Origin: Barthelona sp. PCE
Lineage: Eukaryota
Length of the DNA: 20,000 nucleotides
Direction of reading: 5' to 3'
NCBI GenBank assembly: GCA_040285745.1
Contig: JAUFOR010000006.1
Coordinates: forward strand, 668,708-688,707
The position numbers and the translations under genes are program-made. The notes under the pieces were generated by a model, which was not told where the DNA came from, ran no database searches, and worked only from the letters and a program-made list of their open reading frames with translations. Of the stretch, positions 9,017 through 17,300 are shown piece by piece; position 1 is the stretch's first letter; every line of letters begins with the position of its first letter.

Positions 9017-9072
9017 TAAAAAAATAAAATGTGGACAAAACAAAAACCATGTTTCTATTTACATAATCATTT

Positions 9073-9834
9073 CTATTGCCCTTTCTTAGGGTCACTTTCT
9101 TGTCTACCATTTTCTTCTTCAAGTATTGCTTTATCATTAACAACATTACGTTGACTATAATGTTCTCTATCTCTGGAATTCTTCACAAAAAATACATATG
9201 TCATGTGTAAACATTTAAGAATATCGATGAATGACCGTGCTCCAACAAAAATAATAGCTCCAGAAGCATATATAACCATGGTAACTTTTGGCTTTTTCAT
9301 TTTCCAATAAAGAGCTGCATTAATATCTGGATTATAAACCATATCCTTACTGATGGTCTTATCTGAAGCTATTTCCGATAAATCTATGGGAAATCCTAAC
9401 CTTACTTTGGCAGAAATATTCACAAATTGTAGTTGTGTTTCTGGTACTATATCTGGATATCCTAATCTTCGTAGCAGGCGCAATGTACGCCTACTAATAC
9501 TGTATGCATCTTCTGCAGTCTTACAACCAGTGATTAGAAGTACTTTTGTACGAAATAGTAGAATAGTACCTTTTGGTTTATCGAATCGCACAAAACACCC
9601 ATTGAAACGCGTTGGCTGATAATCAGCGTTACGCAAATGTGTAGAAATGTATGGGAGGTCTAACTCCTTATGAGATGTTTTTAGCTTCATTTTACCCACC
9701 ATATTTGTTATTACTGGTACAACAGAAGTCTTTGATGCACATTTTTCTTTCCATTCTCTGTACAAAACCGACTGTTCAGAAATTTTATCTTCTTCTGAAT
9801 TATTTAAAGGTTTGTTCTCGGATTCCTCTGACAT
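9073..9834 (-). CDS. TBP: TATA-box binding protein (divergent TBP or TBP-related factor), ~253 aa
   Basis: Two TBP repeats: VPVITNMVG...LDL..I..HLRNADYQPTRF....RF.KPK.T.LLF.....ITG.KT.ED....SR...R.L..LGY, and FVNI.A.V.LGFPIDL..IA...YNPDI..AL.WKM.KPKVTMVIYASGAIIFVGARS. These align with yeast TBP NIVA...RNAEYNPKRF...LIFASGKMVVTGAKS and NIVG...FPIRL...YEPELF...KPKIVLLIFVSGKIVLTGAK. First ATG is at 9834. Confidence 0.92.
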   Translation of the reverse strand: MSEESENKPLNNSEEDKISEQSVLYREWKEKCASKTSVVPVITNMVGKMKLKTSHKELDLPYISTHLRNADYQPTRFNGCFVRFDKPKGTILLFRTKVLLITGCKTAEDAYSISRRTLRLLRRLGYPDIVPETQLQFVNISAKVRLGFPIDLSEIASDKTISKDMVYNPDINAALYWKMKKPKVTMVIYASGAIIFVGARSFIDILKCLHMTYVFFVKNSRDREHYSQRNVVNDKAILEEENGRQESDPKKGQ

Positions 9835-9914
9835 TTTAGGCAACAATGCTTAGCTTTCTTAAAAAAAATTGGATCAAAGCCAACTGTGAAAGGTTAAGAA
9901 TTCAATTACACAAA

Positions 9915-9920
9915 TTTATT
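9915..9920 (-). terminator. Putative polyadenylation signal AATAAA overlapping the PTPA stop codon
   Basis: The minus strand reads GAA TAA A (plus strand TTTATTC at 9915-9921). Confidence 0.5.
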
Positions 9921-10845
9921 CATTAAACTGTAGATCAAAGTGTTCACAGAACTCTAAGTGTTGTATGGCGCCAAAGTTATTGAGAACAACTTCCTTATAC
10001 ATTCTAATAAGTCCTTTATGGATTTCTCCCCATGTGTCATGTTGAACAACGCTGTGTAACATTGGTGCTGTGGCTTGGATGCCACCTGTCTTAGAGCTCA
10101 TTGCAAAATAGAATGCCATTGGAAACATTAACTTTTCATCAACATAATCTCTTAAAATTCTTTGATTTAAACAATCTGATGGTGTAAAGTCAACGAAATC
10201 GTCTGAATCCAATTGTGCTGCACCAAAATAAAAAGGCAAAAAGTTAAAATCATCTATATTCCATGCACCCATACTACCAGCCGGTTCAAGAGTAAAGTAC
10301 ACCTGTATATGTCTAACAATATTAAAATATTCCATGATTATCCATCCAACATCCTTGAAATTTTTTTGATTTAAGAAAGATATTTCAAATAGACATTTTA
10401 AAAATACGAAAAAATGTAATTCATGTCCTGTACCAAAATCTAATCTTGCATGGTGTCCAAACATAGTCAAGATGTATGGGCAGAGGTCATTCATTTGATT
10501 ATCGGTTAATATATCACAAAAGTCAATTCGAAATGTTTGAATTGCTTTCTGAATTATTTTTCGGAAAGCAGGATTACCAAACCGTACGTTGTTGACAGAT
10601 CTCTCCAATAGAGGTATGTGTTCAATGTGTGAATTGAGCTTCTTAATCCAGTTGCCCAACAACAAAATGTTGCCATCATATAAATCCTTACTTTCTGAAA
10701 AAAAGCTGCGGCCCTTACACATTTCTGCAAGATTTTTAAGGAATTGAACATAATCCAAGCATAAATCACTTTCCCTCCAAAATTTCAACATTTCAAGCGT
10801 TGATATGGGAGATCTGGGGGATTTGCCTGCTCCACCGATGTTCAT
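9916..10845 (-). CDS. PTPA: Serine/threonine-protein phosphatase 2A activator (PTPA/RRD family)
   Basis: Hallmark motifs RFGNPAFR, FG...RLDFGTGHELHF, Y.TLEPAGSMGAWNIDDFNFLPFYFGAAQL, KTG, and W..IHKGLIRMYK.VVL..F..IQH. Confidence 0.95.
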   Translation of the reverse strand: MNIGGAGKSPRSPISTLEMLKFWRESDLCLDYVQFLKNLAEMCKGRSFFSESKDLYDGNILLLGNWIKKLNSHIEHIPLLERSVNNVRFGNPAFRKIIQKAIQTFRIDFCDILTDNQMNDLCPYILTMFGHHARLDFGTGHELHFFVFLKCLFEISFLNQKNFKDVGWIIMEYFNIVRHIQVYFTLEPAGSMGAWNIDDFNFLPFYFGAAQLDSDDFVDFTPSDCLNQRILRDYVDEKLMFPMAFYFAMSSKTGGIQATAPMLHSVVQHDTWGEIHKGLIRMYKEVVLNNFGAIQHLEFCEHFDLQFNE

Positions 10846-10945
10846 TTGTTGATTCAGTTGACAGAAAGTGTGTTAAGAGATGAAAATATTTTACCAACTA
10901 CATTAAAGATAGATGCTTTACTGTATTTGTGATCGAATTTTAGCC

Positions 10946-11086
10946 ATATTTTATACAATTCAATGTTGATTGGTGATAAAGGAACCCACATAAATCGATT
11001 ACTTACCTCAAATATTGCTTTCTCGAATATTCAGTGTTTAACGAAAGAATTTTATCACCAAATGATGTTTGACTTATATTTTATAC
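10946..11086. repeat. Nested direct-repeat / inverted-repeat element in the PTPA-giant gene divergent spacer
   Basis: ATATTTTATAC occurs at 10946-10956 and 11076-11086 (direct). Between them is a perfect 11-bp inverted repeat, TTGGTGATAAA (10970-10980) / TTTATCACCAA (11051-11061). Confidence 0.45.
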
Positions 11087-11357
11087 CCCCTGCGCAAATA
11101 TAAAGTAAAAAAATTGTAAGAACAAGGTTTTCAAGATTGGTTTTTGCGCTCTTCATATTATTGCGTTTTTATTTGTGCTTAAATGATGTTAGGTGGAGAA
11201 TAAATCAATATTTGAAGGTAAATAAACAGTGTATAGTCGATTTACATATAGAAACTTGTTTAAGTATTTTGCTGCCTTTTCTGCAGATAGCATTCGTACC
11301 AAAACATACTATTTGTCATCAATATCCGAAAAACTTTATATTTTTACTATTTAGACA

Positions 11358-14300
11358 ATGCGTATTGCTAAATCATTTTTATTCTTGCTTTTATTGGTGC
11401 TTAGCGTTTTTGCAGTGTCTGCAAAAGGTAAAACATGCTGGGGCTATTGGTATAATGATAATAACTGTTACTTTAGTCAATGGAGGGATTGGATGTGTGA
11501 TGGTGGAACCCAAACCGCTCCAGATTCCAATATTGATGTTACAGCTCAATCGGGCTATGATTTCTATGTGAACGTTAATCGTATCATCAAGACATTATGG
11601 GTCAAACCAGGCTCTGGTGAAGTTAGAGCGCTTAGTCCCTATACTTTGACAGTTAATGGACTGACAAAGCTTGAACGTCAGATATATCCCGATGTGGGAG
11701 GAAAGTTCAAGTTTTCTGACGTTGAACTTTATGGTACTACTTTGGGTTACCCTGGTGTATCATCATGTTCATCTCGTGACATTGAAGTAACAGGAACAAT
11801 GACTGTCAAAAGTGACAGTGCAGTTTTATATTGCGTAGATCTCGTTGTCGAGAATCTTGAGATTGAGTCAACAAAATGGCGTTTAGGAGTCGGTGGTCGG
11901 CTTACCGTCAATGGTGAACTCAAGCTCCCCCCTTCGGGTGCTGTATTCGAAAATTATGATACTAACTATGCCAATGTGTATCTTTATGGTTTGGTTACCA
12001 AGGTTGGTATCACAACACATTTGGAATTTCAGACTCATGTAACTACTTCTGCTCAGTGGAGTTTGGAAGGAGGTACGGTCCACTTCGACCTGTGCTTCTA
12101 TTCCGTTACTCCCGATGGTAGTTACAACACCGATCCAGGAGTATTTGGTCCTGGTGATTGGGTTCTTAAGAACTCAGGTTTCAGTCCTTCAGTTTCTTTT
12201 CAAGATCGCACTGACATGAACTGTTACAACAACTTTGAGAAACAGTTTTTCTTCAAATATGAGGGCATGTCTGTTAAGTTCAACCTTTATTTTGGAGGTT
12301 ATTCATACAACCTGCGTCCTCTCACTGATTGGGACTACATCAACATCGATAATCTAGGCTTAAGTGCTACTGAGGTTACAATCGATTGTACTTCCGCCAT
12401 GGATGTCCTCATTCCAGTTAAGGAATTACACTATCACACTAATCTGAAGGAAACATCATTCCCTCGTCGCTGTAATTTCTTTGTAGATGAACTAATTGTA
12501 GATTCATCAATCAATAATATCCGTTCGTCTATTATTGACAGCTCACGAGCAAATTTCACGTTGCTGGACCTTACTGTTGATAATGGGCTCACTGCTCAGA
12601 TTGTTGGAGAACTAGACCTTAATGGTGATTGTACAATCACCTCAGGTGCACTTCGTGTCACAGCTCCCGTCACATTCGCAGGAGACATTTATCTTCACAA
12701 CGCATATGTGTACGGTGGTTCTGTGATTCACGGTAATAACACTCACTTCCTTGATGCTATGGGAAAACGTATTTCCAATACAAAGATGAACATGGAGTAT
12801 AAGTTTGACTGGCAGAACGGAAACATTACATGTGGTAACTCAATTCTTGATGGTGGTATCTTTATTAAAAAGGATTATTCCCATTTCTTCCAGGAAGATC
12901 TCTCAGTTAACCCATGTACCCTCAACATTACAAACGAATTCGAAGTCCCTGCGGATCATTCAGTCATTGAAGCGTTACTAGATGTTTACGCTGAGATGTA
13001 CTGTACTGGTGACTCAATTCGTTTCAGAGGTGGTGGTTATTGGCGTAACTATCTTAATATCGATCATATTCTTATCTTTTCGAAGTCTGATAAGATAAGC
13101 GATTTCCAACAGACATGGCAAATTATGGTCAATCAGGCTTTCCGCATTGGCGATGCATTTGAAATTGATGGTGCAGAGCTTAATGTTAATGAAGGTCTTT
13201 GGAATACTTCTTATGATCCTACTCTTTTATTGAGATCAGGTTATATCTTCTTCAATACTAATGATTCCATTGGTACTATTGAACTTCGAGGTGGTGAAGC
13301 ATATTTTTTCGATGTCGGTCGTGTTAACGTTATGCGCGTTTATAGTGGACTTCATAGAAGTGAAGCATTCTTTAACGCCTCCCAAGTTTCTTTCTTAGCT
13401 GGTAATTCAAAGTTTATCTTTAATGCAGAAGCAGACATTGATAAATTGGTTGTTGAAAATTCTCATTTTGTCAGTTCAAAAGATAAATTTACTTGTGCTG
13501 ATGTATCACTTATCGGTGGTACACTTGAGCTTAACGGTCCTGGTGTCATTGAGAAAATTATCGTTAGTGGAGGTAACTTTTCAGGTATTGCTGAAACAAA
13601 TGTAACTAGATTATATCACACAGGTGGTTATATTTCTGGAAATCATATATCTTGGTATTCAGATCGTTCAGTTCTTAATGTTGATTATTTTAATAGTACT
13701 TCTAATGTTGTCAAGTATCTTAATACTCGTAATATTAAAATTCATAAACGTATGTGGTATCGTGCCTCAGGAGGTTATACTTATTGTTATTACGGGACTC
13801 ACATCGAAATCATGCCTGGTGCTGATCTCGTTTGGGATCCACAAGATGGAAGCGTAGCACGTTTCTACAAGTATGATGTTGCTGGTGAAATATGTTCTAT
13901 TACTGTACACGACAATGCTGCGATGTACTCTGTTGATTCTGCAACCGTCTACATGTACGTGCAGTACAACATCGAGGGTCTCTTCTACCTAAACGATAGT
14001 TCTACATTCTTTATGGGTGGAGGAAACTCGATTATTACAGGTGAAGTCCGTATCCCTGCCAGCTCCACATTGAATCTTGCAGGTTTATATTACACCAATC
14101 AACGTTATTCATACGTTGATATCTTTGAACCTGCTTATATCCTCAACTCTGGTACTCTAAAGTTGACAGGCCGAAATATCGTCTACCTACATGATAACGC
14201 AACAATCAACATTGGTGATAATCTTAACGTTGCGGGTGATCGATATTCGTGGTTGGATTACCACCCTGACCTTAACGTCACAGATCTGGTTGTTACTACT

Positions 14301-17300
14301 GGTAGTCTGCATGTGTTTGAAAATACTCTCTTTGAAGTCGATACAATCACATGCGTTAGCAATGGATCTTTAATCACCGATTCAAACACTGTAGTTAGTG
14401 ATCATATTACTGTTAACAATGGTTACCACAGCTTTAACAAGAACGTTACAGTTGATACGCTCAATCATAACGGTGGTACAACTATCATAAACAATACAGC
14501 TGTTATTACAACTTTGCATATCTGTGGCGGTCATCTTAAAATTAATGGTGATCTTCTAGTTGATGATATAGACTTCTGTGGTGGTACTCTTACTGTTTAC
14601 GGTGAGCTACGTACATCAACGATTGTATATGCGGCTGGTTCTCTCAACTCAAATGGTATAACATATCTCGACTACCTTGAGGTATCACATACTAATGCGC
14701 GATTCAAGCATCTTATCTGTAACCATACCAACATTATTGGTGGTTACCTTTACAGTTGGAAATTTGAGGGCAACTACACTGAGATGTCATCAGGTCGTTG
14801 GTACACGTACGATCAAACTAACATTACTGATATTCATTTCACTGATGGTCGTGCATATTTCGATGGTTTATTGCGTGCTGATTCGCTTCTCATTGAGGGA
14901 GGACAGCACACAGCAACCAAGGCTGGTTACGTCAACAATATCACACATATTGATGGTGATTATACACCATACACAAACTCTGATTTTGATAATTACTTGC
15001 TTTTGGGTGGAAGAATGCTGCTTTCGTATTCTTTCTCCATCTGCAACTTCAATTTCTCAGGAGGTTACTTCCAAGGTACATCTAGAGTGCTGACTGTCAA
15101 TTGTGACATGTATATTTACTCAGACGATGATAAAAGATGGAGTTCAGACCTAATCACTAACGGTAATGTCTATTACCTCAGCGGAAAAGTGATTGTGTAT
15201 CAAGGTGTTTGGTGGAAGAACTACGGAACGGTCAAGATTACAACTCTTGATCCTTCGTGGGATTTGATTAATTACCATCCAACACATAGCCCTTCTCAGA
15301 ATGTGATGCAACAGCATGGTACTCTTAACATTACTGTACCACTTATTATGGAGTGGAAGGTTGTTAATTATGGAGACATGGTGTTGTTCAATGATTCTGG
15401 CATTGTTGAGTTACGTTCATTCCAAAACTACGGTGTTCTCACTGTTAGTGGAGGTGTCGACGCATACTTCCACTATGCTACACGTCTTGAGTATCTCTCA
15501 GTGATTCAGGGTGATGGTGACCTATTCATTAATACATGGAGTGGCGACACAACTTTCTACGTGCTTGGCGGAGCAACCTTCGATATGCACGGGAAGATAA
15601 CATGTAGATATGGAACTGTTACTTTTTATCTTAATTCAGAACTCAAGCAAGTTGGTTGGCATTTGTCAGTTGAAGGTTCCAGTGTCACTTTCCCTACTGA
15701 TGGTGATCTGACATTTAATCTTATTGAGATTTCATCAGGTGTACTGAACATGCAATCGAAGATCAACATTGATATATTGGACGCTCAAGGTGGTACCACA
15801 TATCTTTATGATTCTACCGTGAATACCACTACTGTCCAATCATCCAACGTGTATCTTCGGGACACATACGATTTGGTTGATGTAACTGTTAATTCCGGTG
15901 AGCTCCATGTTCAATACTCGGGCAATGTTCAGAATATTACCCAAGATGGTGGTACCATAGATATTGAGACAGCTTCTAAGCTACTCACTGTCCAAGGATA
16001 CTTCCTTAACAGTGGTCACTTCACAGGTGTTGGTGGTATTCTTATTAACGAGTATATTGCATTCATTGGAGGTCGTATCTCTGGTACAGGTGTATTCCGA
16101 ACCAATAATCTTGTTGAGATATATTCAGGTGTACTCAAGGAGGTACGTCAACGTAGTCTTGATTTGAAAGGCCGAACAGTGATTATTGATTGTGAAATTG
16201 ATTTCTACTCGTATGCTCAGTTTGGCATTGCAGCTTCTGGCACTCTTATTTTGGAAGCTACCAATATTCCAATCAAGTTCAACGAGAAGCAGACAGCTGC
16301 TCCTTCAAGAGTGCATTGTCTTGGTCGTGTTGAGAAATACGGTTTTAGACAAGCGCAGTTGGATCTATATTCTTACTTTAGTGCTCCTGTTGATCTTGTT
16401 GCTGGTGAGTTGTTATTCTCAAGAGACGGTGAAGTTTATTCATATGTTACTATTGCTGCTGGTGCCAACTTTGAGATCACAAATGGTTTCGCTTTTGGTT
16501 TCGGTTCCGATCTTACTGTGTTTGGTAACATGACGTTAAGTGGTGGTACTGTTGATTTCGATCTTACATTCTACAACTTCACCAATGGTTACACAGTAAT
16601 CAATGATGGTGATGTTACATATCTTGCATCAGTCTTCTTGACTCATCCCGGTGAACACTTTATTATCAACGGTGGTGATGTCCACTTTGATCGTTTGAAT
16701 GTTGACTTTGCAAATATCACTGTTAACGGTGGTACTTTGTTGTTAGATTCAATGGTTACTGCTGTTTACCTTGATCAATTTGGCGGTGATATTACAATCC
16801 CCCGTCACATGCTCGTCAGTGGTATCTACAATTTATATGGTGGTTCAATTATTGATACATCCCTGGTTACAGTCAGCGGTCCCCTCAATTGGTACGGTGG
16901 TTCCATTTCGGGTTCCGGTCGTATTCTTACTGATGGTGGTGTTGTCATTTATTCAGGTGTTTCTGCTAAGGTTCTTGAGATTAAGGAGTTCTTTAATACG
17001 AAAGAGTGTGTCTGGCTTGAAGGTGATATTGTTGCCAACGATGGTGCGCTCTTTAAGAACCTTGGTGAATCATCAATTGTTCTTCAGCCTGGTGGTTCAT
17101 TCCTTCAAGGTACCGGTGATGCTGCGATCCTTGAAAATCAAGGTACAATTGAGAAGTTTGATTTTGGTGTAGCTAACTTCAACATTATGGTTGATCATTC
17201 AGGTTTTGTTATTGTGCATGAAGGCCGCCTCACGTTCACTGCTGGTGTTGCTGCCATTGGTGATCTAGATGTTAAGTTCGGTTCTGTTGTCGAGTTTTCT

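Noticed and set aside
8669..10845. PTPA-TBP-SRP14 co-oriented run as an operon or functional gene cluster
   Set aside because: The functions are unrelated, and each gene has its own poly(A)-like signal at or just after its stop. Genome compaction explains the spacing.
11001..11008. ACTTACCT, matching the U1 snRNA 5' end on + or a perfect AG|GTAAGT donor on - upstream of PTPA
   Set aside because: There is no U1-70K loop (GAUCAYGAAG) or convincing Sm site downstream, and no clear branch point/acceptor that would extend PTPA. An isolated 8-mer can occur by chance.
11060..11190. AAATGATGTT repeated at 11060 and 11181, resembling snoRNA box C
   Set aside because: It is an imperfect box C (ATGATGT) with no suitably placed CTGA box D or terminal stem.
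11137..11571. 144-aa ORF overlapping the start of the giant gene
   Set aside because: It has a TTG start, AT-rich spacer-like translation, an out-of-frame overlap with a better-supported CDS, and no recognisable motif.
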